Below are positions 18,383 through 28,722 of a DNA stretch of 64,000 nucleotides, in pieces. Under the pieces are notes generated by a model that saw only the letters and a program-made list of their open reading frames with translations, did not search any database and was not told the origin of the DNA. A program made the position numbers and the translations under genes. The DNA comes from Nannocystales bacterium (GTDB lineage Bacteria; Myxococcota_A; Polyangia; Nannocystales; Nannocystaceae): contig JBOEGF010000004.1 of assembly GCA_050633305.1 (NCBI GenBank), positions 384,140 through 448,139 of the forward strand. Direction: 5' to 3'. Numbering within the stretch: the stretch's first letter is position 1; every line of letters starts with the position of its first letter.

Positions 18383-19026
18383 CTCAACCCCTGCACGCCA
18401 CTGGGATCTCCAAGCGCTACGGCCCGCACACCGTCCTCGACGCTGTCGATCTTCACGTCGACCCTGGCGAGACGGTGCTTCTGCTGGGTCCCAATGGTGT
18501 CGGAAAGTCCACCCTGCTCGGGAGCGTCTGCGGGACGATCATTCCCGACGCGGGCAGCGTGTCAATCGGCGGGCACGACCTCAAGCAGGCGCCCCTGGCC
18601 GCACGCGCTGCACTACGGTTCCTCCCGCAAGAGGTGGAGGTCCCCGCAGGCCTTACCGGCGAGGAGTTGCTGCAGTTCTATGCCGACGTGCACGGCGATC
18701 CCTCGGGCATGAAGCGAGCCCGCGAAGCGACCCAGCTGGACGAAGCGCTGCCCCGCCTGGCCAGCACCTACTCGGTCGGCATGCGACGGCGGCTGGCGTT
18801 CGGGGGACTCCAGCTCGGGGAGGCTGCGCTGTACATCCTCGACGAGCCCTTTGCAGGCGTCGACCGAGAAGGGCGTGAACGCATGGCCGCCACGCTGCAC
18901 GGGCTCGTCGCTCGAGGTGCGGGGCTGCTGCTGGCGGTCCACGATCGAGACATCGACGACATGGAAGCCTTTTCCCCTCGACGCGTCGTCTTGTCCGCCC
19001 CCGACCCCCAAGGGGCGGAGTCGTGA
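18379..19026 (+). CDS. ABC transporter ATP-binding protein
   Basis: Walker A GPNGVGKST, signature YSVGMRRR, Walker B ILDEP, H-loop VHD. Confidence 0.93.
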   Translation: MTQPLHATGISKRYGPHTVLDAVDLHVDPGETVLLLGPNGVGKSTLLGSVCGTIIPDAGSVSIGGHDLKQAPLAARAALRFLPQEVEVPAGLTGEELLQFYADVHGDPSGMKRAREATQLDEALPRLASTYSVGMRRRLAFGGLQLGEAALYILDEPFAGVDREGRERMAATLHGLVARGAGLLLAVHDRDIDDMEAFSPRRVVLSAPDPQGAES

Positions 19027-20030
19027 AGGTCGGCATTTTCGGCGCCGGAGCGATCGGGGCGTCGGTCGGGATCCGGCTGTCCGCCGCCGGGATTCCTGTG
19101 TCGATGGTGGCCCGACGGAGCCTCATCGATGTTCGCGACACGCTGCTCAGCCGAGGGCTCGATGGCCGCGCCTACCGGCCCGGCGAAGACCTCGTGCTGG
19201 ACGAGGATCCCGCGATTCTCAGCGACGTCGACCTCTGCCTGGTGACGGTGAAGTCGAGGCACACAGACGAAGCTGCCGCCACGCTTGCGAGCTCGCTGTC
19301 TCCCACCGCTGCCGTGCTTTCGCTACAAAACGGACTCCGCAACCCGCAGCGGCTCCGTGCCGCGCTCGATCAACCGGTCGCCGGTGGCATGGTGAGCTAC
19401 AACGTGGTGCGGCCCGAGCCCGGCGCGTTCGTTCAAGCCACCAAGGGGCCGATCTTGCTCGGCCCCCTCTCCGGGGCAGCCGGCGATTCGCTGGGTCAAC
19501 TCGCCACCGCAGCCCGGTCCGTCGGGATCCCGCTCGAGGTTCGTCCTGACATCGACGAAGTCATGGCCGGTAAGCTGTTGCTCAACCTCAACAACGGCGT
19601 GTGTGCGGTCGCTGGCGTCACGATCGCGCACTCGATCCGCAATCGGGTGCTCCGGCGCTGCTTCGCGACGCTGATGCTCGAAGGACTCCGCGTACTCAGG
19701 GCCAGTGGGTTGCAGCCTCGCTCGATCGTGGGTCTTCCTCCAGGGGTCATCGCGCGCCTGCTCGCCCTGCCCGATGCGATTGTGCTGCGCGTTGCCAAGA
19801 GTCTCGTCGCGGTCGACCCGGCGGCAAAATCGAGCACGCTTCAGGACCTCGAGGCGGGCAAGCCGACCGAGATCAATGACCTGTGCGGGGAGATTGTCCG
19901 TCGGGGCGCGGACGCGGGCGTCGCGGTCCACGCGAACGCGGTCGTGACGAACGCGGTCCACGCCCTCGAAGGGGAATCGGTACCGAGCTTCTGGTCCCCC
20001 GAGCGGTTGCTGGCGGAAGTCCGGCCCTGA
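19023..20030 (+). CDS. panE: 2-dehydropantoate 2-reductase
   Basis: GIFGAGAIG, VTVKS, LQNGL, KLLLNLNN, SSTLQDLEAGKPTEINDLCGEIV. Confidence 0.9.
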   Translation: MKVGIFGAGAIGASVGIRLSAAGIPVSMVARRSLIDVRDTLLSRGLDGRAYRPGEDLVLDEDPAILSDVDLCLVTVKSRHTDEAAATLASSLSPTAAVLSLQNGLRNPQRLRAALDQPVAGGMVSYNVVRPEPGAFVQATKGPILLGPLSGAAGDSLGQLATAARSVGIPLEVRPDIDEVMAGKLLLNLNNGVCAVAGVTIAHSIRNRVLRRCFATLMLEGLRVLRASGLQPRSIVGLPPGVIARLLALPDAIVLRVAKSLVAVDPAAKSSTLQDLEAGKPTEINDLCGEIVRRGADAGVAVHANAVVTNAVHALEGESVPSFWSPERLLAEVRP

Positions 20031-20058
20031 TCCGGGCCGGACTTCCGCCCCGGATCCG

Positions 20059-20880
20059 TCAGACGACGAAGTCGATGTTGGCCAGTCCAGCCTCGTCGGG
20101 TTCGAGCGCCATCACGGGGTTGAACCAGGCGTCCCCGTCGTTGAACGGGTCTCCCTCGAAGTAGAGCTGGCTCGTCAACCGCTCGGTCCCCTGCACCCAC
20201 ACTTTCACATGCACGTGGGCTGGACGGTACTCGGGGCCGTTGAGATACCAGCCGGGACGTAACGTCGTGAACGCGTATCGCCCCCGCTCGTCGGTGGCCA
20301 CCTGCCCATAGTAGCGATAGGCGTCCGACGAATCGTACGTTGCGTCGTTGTCCCCGGGCTCGCCGTCGGGAGCCACCGGGGTCGCGTGCCAGATCTCGAC
20401 GACCGCCCCGGCGATCGGGGCACAGTCCTCACCCCGCACGACCCCCTCGATCCGCAGCGCCACACCAACGTCCCCGTGCACATCGAGATCCCCGCCGATC
20501 GGGATCTCGGGTCGATAGAACGGGCCCTCGATGTCCTCGGGAGACGGATCGCAGACCGCCGCCCCGGTGCTGCCCTCCGACTCGCTCCCACCGCCGGAGC
20601 CGGTGTCCGAAGAGCCCCCCGCGCCCGTCGAGGAGTCTGAGGAAGCTGCGCTGGTCGAAGCCGACGTGCTCCCGGAGGCATCGCTTCCTTCGGACGTCCC
20701 GGTGCTTCCCCCTGCCGCGGATCCTGGACCGCTGCTGGTGCTCGAAGACCCCTCGCCTCCCGTGCTTGCGTCCGCTCCCGAACCGCCCCCGTCGCCCGAG
20801 CACGCGGCCAGCCCCGCAAGCGGAACCGTCGCGGCGGTCTGGGCGGCGCGAACCACGAACCTTCGTCGAGTCCAAGTCAT
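20059..20880 (-). CDS. Intradiol ring-cleavage dioxygenase family protein, Tat-exported lipoprotein
   Basis: TRRRFV Tat motif, LAAC lipobox, Ser/Gly/Thr linker; EGPFY, EIWH, PGWY, RPAHVHVKV, LTSQLYF. Confidence 0.88.
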   Translation of the reverse strand: MTWTRRRFVVRAAQTAATVPLAGLAACSGDGGGSGADASTGGEGSSSTSSGPGSAAGGSTGTSEGSDASGSTSASTSAASSDSSTGAGGSSDTGSGGGSESEGSTGAAVCDPSPEDIEGPFYRPEIPIGGDLDVHGDVGVALRIEGVVRGEDCAPIAGAVVEIWHATPVAPDGEPGDNDATYDSSDAYRYYGQVATDERGRYAFTTLRPGWYLNGPEYRPAHVHVKVWVQGTERLTSQLYFEGDPFNDGDAWFNPVMALEPDEAGLANIDFVV

Positions 20881-20976
20881 GTCACCGAACGTGCCCTGAG
20901 CAGCGGCCAGCGTCCATCCGCCATTGCTGCACGTGGACGTGTAACCCCGCCGCACCAAGCGTCGTACCGTTCGGCG

Positions 20977-21807
20977 ATGGGGCGCTGGTGCGGGGTGGTG
21001 GCAGTACTTGCCGCCTGTGGCGGACCGAGCCCTGCCCCCTCGGCCGCCACGCAGTCCTCAGCCGTCCCCCCCGTTGCCCAAGCCGTCATGCCCCCATCCG
21101 CCCGTCCGCTCTCCCTGGAAGCCCTTGAAGCCCTCGTCAACGCCGCTTCGAGAACCGAGGCCGACCGAGAGGCCGACCGACGGCGGAAGCCCGTGCAGAT
21201 GTTGGAGTTCCTCGGTGTGTTCGAGGGCATGTCCGTCGCCGATATCGGCGCGGGCACCGGGTACACCACCGAGTTGCTCGCGCGTGCGGTGGGTCCCTCG
21301 GGTCGAGTGATCGGACACAACACCCCGTTTGTCCTCGACTTCTACGCCGAAAGACCCTGGACGCAGAGGCTCTCCAAGCCGGAGATGGCCGACGTCGTCC
21401 GCGTCGACCGTCCCTTCGACGACCCCCTGGGCCGGGAGCACACCGGGCTCGACGCCGCGATCAACGTGCTTTTCTACCACGACTTCGTCTGGCAAGAAGT
21501 CGACCGCGTCGCCCACAACCGAGCCATGTTCGCCGCCCTGCGCCCCGGCGGCTCCTACGTGGTCATCGACGCGCACGCTGCCAAAGGCGACGGCACCACG
21601 GTCACCAAAACCCTCCACCGCATCGAGCGGTCCGTGCTCATCGAGGAGGTCACCGCGGCGGGCTTTGTGCTCGCCGACGAGGCCGACTTCCTCCGCAACC
21701 TCAACGACACCCGCGACTGGAACGCCCTACCGACGCGGAGCGGTCGCGAGGAGTTCAGCGACAAGTTCGTTCTGCTATTCGAGAAGCCCGCCCCGTCCTC
21801 GCGTTGA
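20977..21807 (+). CDS. Class I SAM-dependent methyltransferase, lipoprotein (COG4798-like)
   Basis: VLAAC lipobox; DRRRKP, VADIGAGTGYTTELLA, FYHD, ALRPGG, LHRI. Confidence 0.85.
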   Translation: MGRWCGVVAVLAACGGPSPAPSAATQSSAVPPVAQAVMPPSARPLSLEALEALVNAASRTEADREADRRRKPVQMLEFLGVFEGMSVADIGAGTGYTTELLARAVGPSGRVIGHNTPFVLDFYAERPWTQRLSKPEMADVVRVDRPFDDPLGREHTGLDAAINVLFYHDFVWQEVDRVAHNRAMFAALRPGGSYVVIDAHAAKGDGTTVTKTLHRIERSVLIEEVTAAGFVLADEADFLRNLNDTRDWNALPTRSGREEFSDKFVLLFEKPAPSSR

Positions 21808-21836
21808 CGGGGTTGCCTCGCTCCGCCTGTCCTGCG

Positions 21837-22397
21837 TCAGTACCCGATGAGGGCATCGACGCGGCGCTCGCCGAGTTTTCCACGTCCACTGAGCGCTTCG
21901 AGCTCGATCAAGAACAAGCAGCCAAGCACATTGGCGCCCGCGCGTTCGACCAGCGCGCAGGCGGCTGAAGCTGTGCCGCCGGTCGCCAACAGATCGTCAA
22001 CGATCAGGACCTGCTTGCCCTTGGGGATGTCGTCGGTATGCACTTGGAGCGCATCCTCGCCGTACTCGAGCGCGTAGCGTTCTTCGAGCACCGGACGGGG
22101 GAGTTTGCCGGGCTTGCGGACGGGCACGAAGCCCACACCCAGCCGTGCGGCGAGCGGCATTCCGAACAGGAACCCGCGCGACTCGATCCCGACGATGAGC
22201 TCCACCTGGCCGGCGATGTCAGCGATCGCGTTGAGGTGCAGGTCGAGCGCCGTCTTGAGGCATGCAGGGTCCGCAAGGACGGGCGTGATGTCCCGGAACA
22301 GGATGCCCTCTTTGGGAAAGTCGGGAACAGCGGCGATCTGCTCGCGGAGCATCTCGAGGCCAGCAGCGGTCATCTTCGGATGGAGTGCGTGGGACAT
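21837..22397 (-). CDS. apt: Adenine phosphoribosyltransferase
   Basis: VPDFPKEGILFRDIT, GIESRGF, RKPGKLP, YALEYG, VDDLLATGGT. Confidence 0.97.
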   Translation of the reverse strand: MSHALHPKMTAAGLEMLREQIAAVPDFPKEGILFRDITPVLADPACLKTALDLHLNAIADIAGQVELIVGIESRGFLFGMPLAARLGVGFVPVRKPGKLPRPVLEERYALEYGEDALQVHTDDIPKGKQVLIVDDLLATGGTASAACALVERAGANVLGCLFLIELEALSGRGKLGERRVDALIGY

Positions 22398-22409
22398 GGG
22401 TACGGTCCT

Positions 22410-23189
22410 TCAAGCGTCGAGCAGACGCTGTGCCACGGAGGGGTCAGCCCCCGTGATGTCGAGTTCGAGCGGAGTGACGGCGACGGTGCCGTGGGTTACG
22501 GCGTAGGTGTCGTCCCCAGCCGCATGATCGGTCTCCAACGGTGGGCCGCCGATCCAGTAGTACGTGCGGCCCATCGGGTCCTTCCGCGCCTCGACATGGT
22601 TCTTGTACTTCCGCTGCCCCAACCGCGTGACCTCCAGGGGAAGCGCAGCCGCGGCGGCGTCCAACTCGGCCTCCGTGGCCTCGTCGGTCAGACCCGGCGG
22701 GCGTGGAACGTTGATGTTGATCAGGGACAGCTCGTCGGTCGCGAGCATGGCGGCCGCGACCCGTCGAACAGCGGGGATCGCCACCCGCGGCGGCACCCCG
22801 CGGTTGGCCGAGGCAGCAAGGGATGGCACCCCTTGAATCCGAGCCTCTGCCGCCGCGCCGACCGTGCCAGAGTAGAAGACGTCGGTTCCCAGGTTGTAGC
22901 CGGCGTTGATCCCCGAGACCACGAGGTCGGGCTTGGTTGGGCACAAGTGGTGCAGACCCACGTAGACACAGTCCACCGGGGTCCCACTCACCCGCCACCA
23001 GTTCGTCTGCGGCTTCTTCACCGGGCCCACGCGAAGATGGGTGTGGAACGTGATGGCGTGGCTCGATCCACTGCGTTCGGTGTCCGGCGCCACGACGATG
23101 ATGTCGCCCAGGGGCGAGACCGCCTCGACCAGCGCCTCGATTCCGGGTGCGAACACCCCGTCGTCGTTGCTCACGAGGATCAGCGGCAT
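22410..23189 (-). CDS. surE: 5'/3'-nucleotidase SurE
   Basis: ILVSNDDG, VAPDTERSG, GTPVDCV, SGINAGYNLG, YSGTVGAA; start at ATG 23189. Confidence 0.96.
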   Translation of the reverse strand: MPLILVSNDDGVFAPGIEALVEAVSPLGDIIVVAPDTERSGSSHAITFHTHLRVGPVKKPQTNWWRVSGTPVDCVYVGLHHLCPTKPDLVVSGINAGYNLGTDVFYSGTVGAAAEARIQGVPSLAASANRGVPPRVAIPAVRRVAAAMLATDELSLININVPRPPGLTDEATEAELDAAAAALPLEVTRLGQRKYKNHVEARKDPMGRTYYWIGGPPLETDHAAGDDTYAVTHGTVAVTPLELDITGADPSVAQRLLDA

Positions 23190-23258
23190 GAGCGTCCGTG
23201 TACCGCACAACGCCGACCGGACGCCACGAAACGCGCGTCGCTTCCACGCGTGCCACGC

Positions 23259-23292
23259 AAAAAAAAGAGCCACCCTCAGCGAGGATGGCTCT
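23259..23292 (-). terminator. Rho-independent terminator downstream of tRNA-Pro
   Basis: Minus strand AGAGCCATCCTC-GCT-GAGGGTGGCTCT followed by a T run. Confidence 0.85.
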
Positions 23293-23349
23293 CAGTTCGA
23301 CCGGGAGGAGTTGGCGAGGCCAATGGGGGATCCCCCTCTGCGGTCTTTC

Positions 23350-23425
<76 letters not shown>

Positions 23426-23529
23426 AACGGGATGCGGCTTATACCGTGACCGCTCCGCAAACGCAAAGGCTATCGAACCAGTTTCTGCACTTGCCCGCCT
23501 GACGTGGCTCAGCAACCAGCTGAGACCCG

Positions 23530-24045
23530 TCACCCGCCACGCGGAGGTCGGGCGGGACGATCGAGGATTGAGCCTTCGGCCCCCTCGACCAAGGCCCGCG
23601 CGCCACCCACCTCTTCGAGGAACCGCGCGGGATCCGCGGCCGCGGGATCCGTCCGCCCCGACTCCGCCATGGAGAGCGTGTCCGCGAGCAGTCGACGGAC
23701 AACGCCGAGCGACTGCTTGGCCAGGTAGACCCCCGACGGAGCGGCGGGCGTGCACCCTGCGGCGGCCTCTTTCAGCTTCTGGCGAGCCCCGGCGATCGTG
23801 AACTTCTCGACGTAGAGCAGCTGCTTGATCTTCAGCAGCGTCTCCACGTCACGCCTTCGGTAGACGCGCTGCTGGGTCCGTGACTTCTGAGGTTTGACGG
23901 CCCGAAATTCCGTCTCCCAGTAGCGCAGCACGTAGGCCGGCACGCCGACGATCTCGGCCACCTCTCCGATCTTGAAGTACAGCTTGTCCGACCCAAGGTC
24001 GAGCCCGTCGCCGTCCTTGGTTGCAGAGCCCTTACGACGGGTCAT
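23530..24045 (-). CDS. MerR family transcriptional regulator
   Basis: [27 protein letters not shown]; conserved position between ihfA and tRNA-Pro. Confidence 0.92.
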   Translation of the reverse strand: MTRRKGSATKDGDGLDLGSDKLYFKIGEVAEIVGVPAYVLRYWETEFRAVKPQKSRTQQRVYRRRDVETLLKIKQLLYVEKFTIAGARQKLKEAAAGCTPAAPSGVYLAKQSLGVVRRLLADTLSMAESGRTDPAAADPARFLEEVGGARALVEGAEGSILDRPARPPRGG

Positions 24046-24056
24046 GTGTCGGTACC

Positions 24057-24338
24057 TCAGGAGTCGTTGAGCGCCGTCTTCAGGACAGGGCTCGGCTTGA
24101 ACGTCAGCACGCGGCGCGCGTCGATCAGGATCTCGGTGCCCGTCTGGGGGTTCCGGCCTGGGCGCGGCGCCTTCTCGCGAACCACGAAGTTCCCGAAGCC
24201 GGAGATCTTGATCTTCTCACCGGTCTCGAGCGTGCACTTCATGACGTCGAACACCTTCTCGACGAGGTCGGCGGCTTCTTTCTTGGAGAACCCGCCGACG
24301 CGATCGCAGACCCGGTCGATGATGTCGGCCTTCGTCAT
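24057..24338 (-). CDS. ihfA: Integration host factor subunit alpha
   Basis: MTKADI..., [26 protein letters not shown]; follows pheT. Confidence 0.95.
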   Translation of the reverse strand: MTKADIIDRVCDRVGGFSKKEAADLVEKVFDVMKCTLETGEKIKISGFGNFVVREKAPRPGRNPQTGTEILIDARRVLTFKPSPVLKTALNDS

Positions 24339-24397
24339 GGTGTGCTCATCGTGACAAACGCAGGCGGGGGCCCGCAAGTGGATCCCCGCCCACGCCG

Positions 24398-26905
24398 CTA
24401 CCGCACTCGAATCGACGCGGCGACGGCCTGCAGCTCCGCGAGCGCCGCGGCGACCACGGCCGCGTGCAACGCTTGCACCTCGTCGTCGGTGACGCTTCGC
24501 TGCGGCGCGCGATAGTGCAGGCGCAGCAAGAGCGCCCGGTGCCCTTCCGGCACCCCCTTCCCGCGATAGTCCTCGACGATCTCGATCGCGCCACCTGCGG
24601 TATCCCCTTGCGACAACCGTGGTCCGTCCTCGCTGTGCTCCGCTTTGGCCTCCGCTCCGAGCAGCGCATCGACGACGCGCGACGCCGCGGTCCGAATCGG
24701 GATTTCCAGCGAGAGATCCCGGCTGGTCGAGGGGAACCTCGGCAGGGTCTGATGCCGCGCGACGTGTCCGCCCTGAAGGGAATCGAGCCACAGCTCCCCG
24801 TAGTAGGCGCGAACGCCCTGGGGGAATTCGAAGTGCTGCATGAGGTCGGGGTGGACCTCCCCCACTTCACCGACCTGCGACCCGTCGACATCGAGCCGGG
24901 CCTGAATGCCCGGATGGAGCCACGACGACGGGGTCCCCGCGGGGCGTAGCTGAACCTCGGCGCCGATCCGTCCGAGAACCGATGCCGCGATGGTGGCGAC
25001 GTCCGATCCCGCGTAGGACTCGGCTTGCCGTGCACCGCCACAGATCAAGAACACCGCGCGTCGTCGCTCGCGCGGGAGCATGGCGTCGATCTCCGCCGTC
25101 GGACCGGACGTCGTTGGCGCCGACTCGGGCCAATCGTAGATGCGGCCGACCTCGCACAGTCGCACCGCGCGGGCGTGCCGCGCCACGTTCAGCGCGGCTG
25201 CCCGAAGCAGACCCGGCATCATGTGGGTTCGCATGGTGCTGGTCTGGATCCGCAGAGGGTTCGTCACGGTGACGCTGCGGCCGGCAGGCACCCCGAACGG
25301 CAGCAGGTCACTGGGATCGGCGAACGCGAAGGACAGCACCTCATGGAGGTTCTGCGCCCGCATGGCGTCGAGGACCGACTCCTCCAGGTCGGCCTGCTCG
25401 TCGGCCTCGCGCTGCCCCGGGTCCACGCGCAGTCCCGGCGGCTCGGACGGCACGCTGGGCGTGCCCGGCAGGCGGTCCAATCCGTAGTGCCGGACCAACT
25501 CCTCGATGAGGTCTTCCTCGCAATCCAGGTCGGGCCGGTGCGTCGGTGGCGTGCAGGACCAGGTGCCCTCCCCCGTCGAGGTCAGCGTCACCTCGAGGCC
25601 CGTGAGCACCCGCGCGATCTCGTCGGCAGGGATGCTCATCCCAAGCAACGCCGCCACCCGCGGGGCCCGAAGCACGATCGTGGGAACCGTCGGAACGGTT
25701 CCCGCAATATCGGTCCCACCGGTGACCGTCGCGCCCGCGAGTTCACGCAGAAGGCGCTCGGCCGTCGCCGCAGCACCCTCCAGCCGCGCACCGAAATCGA
25801 CGCAGCGCTCGAACCGATACGAGCTGTCGGTGCTCAGCTGGTGCCGCCGCGCCGAGGACCGCACGAAACCCGGCTGGAACCACGCGTTCTCGATCAACAG
25901 CGTGCTCGCCCCGGGCTCCACGCCCGAGTCCTTGCCCCCCATCACCCCCGCGAGCGCTTGGGGGGACGCGGCGTCCGCGATGACCAGGTCCTCGGCCACA
26001 AGCTCCAGCTCGGAGTCGTCCAGTGCGGTCATGCGCTCTCCGGCCTTGGCCAGTCGCACGACGACGCGGCCTTCGCTCAGTCGCGCACGATCGAACGCGT
26101 GCATCGGCTGCCCCCAGAGCATCAACACGTAGTTGGTGATGTCGACCACGTTGTTGATCGGCCTCAGGGCGAGGCGGTGCAGTCGAACGCGGAGCCACAG
26201 CGGCGACGCTGCCACAGTCGCGCCCTCGAAGGTCCGGCCGATGTAGCGGCCGCAGCGTTGTGGCGCGTCGACAGAGACCAGGCCGTCGACCTGGGGAACG
26301 TCCGCGAGACTGTCCGCGGGAGGAGCGAACGCTCGGCGGAGCTTCACCGCGAGGTCCGCCGCGACGCCGACGTGCCCGAGCGCATCGGGTCGGTTGGGCG
26401 TGATGCCCAGCTCAAAGACGGTGTCTTCGATGCCCGGGACCGCGTCGGGCAGCGGTGTCCCCGGGACCCACTCCGCCGGCAGGATCATGATGCCGTCGCT
26501 GTCGGGGCCGATGCCCAGTTCCTCCTCTGCGCAGATCATTCCCTCGCTGGGGACGCCGCGGATCTCACGGGCTCCGATCTCGAAACCGCCCGGGAGCACC
26601 GCCCCCAGTCTCGCAAACGCGATCTTTCCTCCGGGGTCGGGGACGTTGGCGGCTCCGCAGACGACCTTGATCGTGCGCTCGCCATCGAACACGTCGACCA
26701 GGCGCAACTTGTCGGCACCGGGGTGAGGCTCGATGCCCTTGACCTCGGCAACCACGACGTCGCGCAGCCCCTCGCCGTAGCGGGTGACCCCTTCGACCTC
26801 CAACCCAAGGGAGGTGATCGCATCCCCGAACGCCTCGTCATCAAGACGCGCATCGCCGGAGACGGGGGCCAACAGACTCTCAATCCACTGTCGCGAGATC
26901 AGCAT
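24398..26905 (-). CDS. pheT: Phenylalanine--tRNA ligase beta subunit
   Basis: HPGADKL, VVCGAAN, SEGMIC, ITPNRPDALG, INNVVDITNYV, FDX-ACB C-terminus. Confidence 0.97.
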   Translation of the reverse strand: MLISRQWIESLLAPVSGDARLDDEAFGDAITSLGLEVEGVTRYGEGLRDVVVAEVKGIEPHPGADKLRLVDVFDGERTIKVVCGAANVPDPGGKIAFARLGAVLPGGFEIGAREIRGVPSEGMICAEEELGIGPDSDGIMILPAEWVPGTPLPDAVPGIEDTVFELGITPNRPDALGHVGVAADLAVKLRRAFAPPADSLADVPQVDGLVSVDAPQRCGRYIGRTFEGATVAASPLWLRVRLHRLALRPINNVVDITNYVLMLWGQPMHAFDRARLSEGRVVVRLAKAGERMTALDDSELELVAEDLVIADAASPQALAGVMGGKDSGVEPGASTLLIENAWFQPGFVRSSARRHQLSTDSSYRFERCVDFGARLEGAAATAERLLRELAGATVTGGTDIAGTVPTVPTIVLRAPRVAALLGMSIPADEIARVLTGLEVTLTSTGEGTWSCTPPTHRPDLDCEEDLIEELVRHYGLDRLPGTPSVPSEPPGLRVDPGQREADEQADLEESVLDAMRAQNLHEVLSFAFADPSDLLPFGVPAGRSVTVTNPLRIQTSTMRTHMMPGLLRAAALNVARHARAVRLCEVGRIYDWPESAPTTSGPTAEIDAMLPRERRRAVFLICGGARQAESYAGSDVATIAASVLGRIGAEVQLRPAGTPSSWLHPGIQARLDVDGSQVGEVGEVHPDLMQHFEFPQGVRAYYGELWLDSLQGGHVARHQTLPRFPSTSRDLSLEIPIRTAASRVVDALLGAEAKAEHSEDGPRLSQGDTAGGAIEIVEDYRGKGVPEGHRALLLRLHYRAPQRSVTDDEVQALHAAVVAAALAELQAVAASIRVR

Positions 26906-27984
26906 GGGAACTGCTCCAAGAAACGCACGTCACCGTCGAAGAGAAGCCGCAGATCGGGCACGCCGTGCAGCAGCGTGGCCATGCGGTCGATGCCGAAGCC
27001 AAACGCCCACCCCGTGTACTCTTGGGGGTCGACATCGCACGCCTCGAGCACCTTGGGGTGGACCATCCCCGAGCCGCCAAGTTCGATCCAGCGGCTGCCC
27101 TTGCAGACGCTGCAACTCGGGAGTTTTTCCCCCGCATCGTTCGTCGGACAAAACGGGCATTCCATGTCGAACTCGGCACCGGGCTCGACGAAGGGGAAGA
27201 ATGAAGGACGAAGCCGGACTTTGAGGTCGGCCCCGAAGAACGCGCTCACGAACCGGTAGAGCGTGGCCTTGAGGTCCGCCATGGTGACGCCCTTGTCGAC
27301 GCACAGGCCCTCGATCTGGTGAAACATCGGGGAGTGCGTCGCGTCGTCGTCTTTGCGGAAGACGGTGCCCATCGCCACGATCCGGATCGGAGGCTCGCGT
27401 CCAAGCATCGTCCGGATCTGCACCGGCGAGGTATGCGTCCGAAGGACCAGGTTGCTCTCCGCCTCCCCCGCCTGCCCGTCCACGAAGAACGTGTCCTGCA
27501 TGTCTCTGGCGGGGTGATCCGCGGGGATGTTGAGCTTGTCGAAGTTGTACAGCTCGTGCTCGACGTGGGGTCCGTCGACGACGTCGAAACCCAGTTTCCG
27601 AAACACCCGAGACAGTTCTCGGCGGGTTCGCGTGATGGGGTGAATACTGCCCACCGCGGACAGCGTGTCCACCATGGTCAGATCCTCTACTCGGCCCAAG
27701 TCGGCCTCGCGCGCCGCCGCCACGATCGCCTGCTTGCGTTCCTCGAGCGCCGCCTCGATCGCCTTCTTGACCTCGTTGAACGCCATCCCGAACGCCTTGC
27801 GTTCTTCGGGCGCCAGCTTGCCCATCTGTCCTCGGAGCTTGCTGACCGAGCCCTTCTTGCCGATGTACTGGACCTGAAGCTCGTACAAGGCGTCAGCGTC
27901 GTGGACCTCTTTTAGGGCAGCTTCAAAGCGCTGCTGCTCGGCGCTGAGCGCCTGCGTCACGTCGTCACTCACGCGGCGGAGCAT
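26899..27984 (-). CDS. pheS: Phenylalanine--tRNA ligase alpha subunit
   Basis: HPARDMQDTF, LRTHTSPVQIR, THSPMFHQIEG, FPFVEP, FGFGIDR; GGAGG SD before ATG 27984. Confidence 0.97.
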   Translation of the reverse strand: MLRRVSDDVTQALSAEQQRFEAALKEVHDADALYELQVQYIGKKGSVSKLRGQMGKLAPEERKAFGMAFNEVKKAIEAALEERKQAIVAAAREADLGRVEDLTMVDTLSAVGSIHPITRTRRELSRVFRKLGFDVVDGPHVEHELYNFDKLNIPADHPARDMQDTFFVDGQAGEAESNLVLRTHTSPVQIRTMLGREPPIRIVAMGTVFRKDDDATHSPMFHQIEGLCVDKGVTMADLKATLYRFVSAFFGADLKVRLRPSFFPFVEPGAEFDMECPFCPTNDAGEKLPSCSVCKGSRWIELGGSGMVHPKVLEACDVDPQEYTGWAFGFGIDRMATLLHGVPDLRLLFDGDVRFLEQFPC

Positions 27985-28143
27985 AGAGCACCTCCCGCGG
28001 CCGGGGAGCACCAAACAGGTCGCCAAACGGGACCGCCGCGCCGAGCCTGCGAATTCGGACGCGAACCAACGCAAAGCGCGGACGGAGTCGAAACTCGGTC
28101 CGCGCGGACGCCCTGCGGAAGCGGGGCGAGTCGAGGGAAAAGT

Positions 28144-28515
28144 CTAGGCGGCCTTGGCCGACCCGACCGCGTCTTTGGCGATCTGAGCGATGGCGGCGAA
28201 CGCCTCAGCGTCGGCGACAGCGAGCTCTGCAAGGATCTTGCGGTCGAGCTCAACGCCAGCCAGCGAGACACCGTTCATGAACCGGCTATAGTTGAGACCG
28301 TGCATCCGAGCGGCAGCTCCGATACGGACGATCCACAAGCGACGCATGTCTCGTTTCTTTTGCTTCCGTCCACGGTAGGCGTGCATCCAAGCGTGGTGCA
28401 CAGCTTCCACCATGCGGCGGTAGATGCGACGGCGACCACCGCGGAAACCGCTGGCAGCCTTGCGAATTCGGTTACGGCGGCGGCGTGCTTTTACGCCTCG
28501 TGTTGCGCGGGGCAT
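28144..28515 (-). CDS. rplT: 50S ribosomal protein L20
   Basis: MPRATRGVKARRRR, AYRGRKQKKRDMRRLWIVRI, YSRFM, LDRKILAELA. Confidence 0.97.
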   Translation of the reverse strand: MPRATRGVKARRRRNRIRKAASGFRGGRRRIYRRMVEAVHHAWMHAYRGRKQKKRDMRRLWIVRIGAAARMHGLNYSRFMNGVSLAGVELDRKILAELAVADAEAFAAIAQIAKDAVGSAKAA

Positions 28516-28518
28516 GAC

Positions 28519-28722
28519 TTAGTCCCTTCCGTACGGCAGCAACGCGTCGATGCGCCGTTGGTCTGGCTCAGAGACGATTACAGTCCCTCGGAGCTTCCGA
28601 ACGCGGTCGGCGTTCTTCTTGGTGAGGATATGGTTCTTATGGCTATGCTTACGCTTAGCTTTACCGGTCGCTGTGAACCGGAACCGTTTCTTCGAACCGC
28701 TATGAGATTTCATCTTGGGCAT
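28519..28722 (-). CDS. rpmI: 50S ribosomal protein L35
   Basis: [31 protein letters not shown]. Confidence 0.97.
   Translation of the reverse strand: MPKMKSHSGSKKRFRFTATGKAKRKHSHKNHILTKKNADRVRKLRGTVIVSEPDQRRIDALLPYGRD

Noticed and set aside
23297..23346. Small hairpins between tRNA-Pro and its terminator as a separate ncRNA
   Set aside because: Short GC-rich stems with no recognisable family; explainable as tRNA trailer.
27090..27170. Four-Cys insert in PheS (CPFC...CSVC)
   Set aside because: A CxxC...CxxC segment at this position is common in bacterial PheS.
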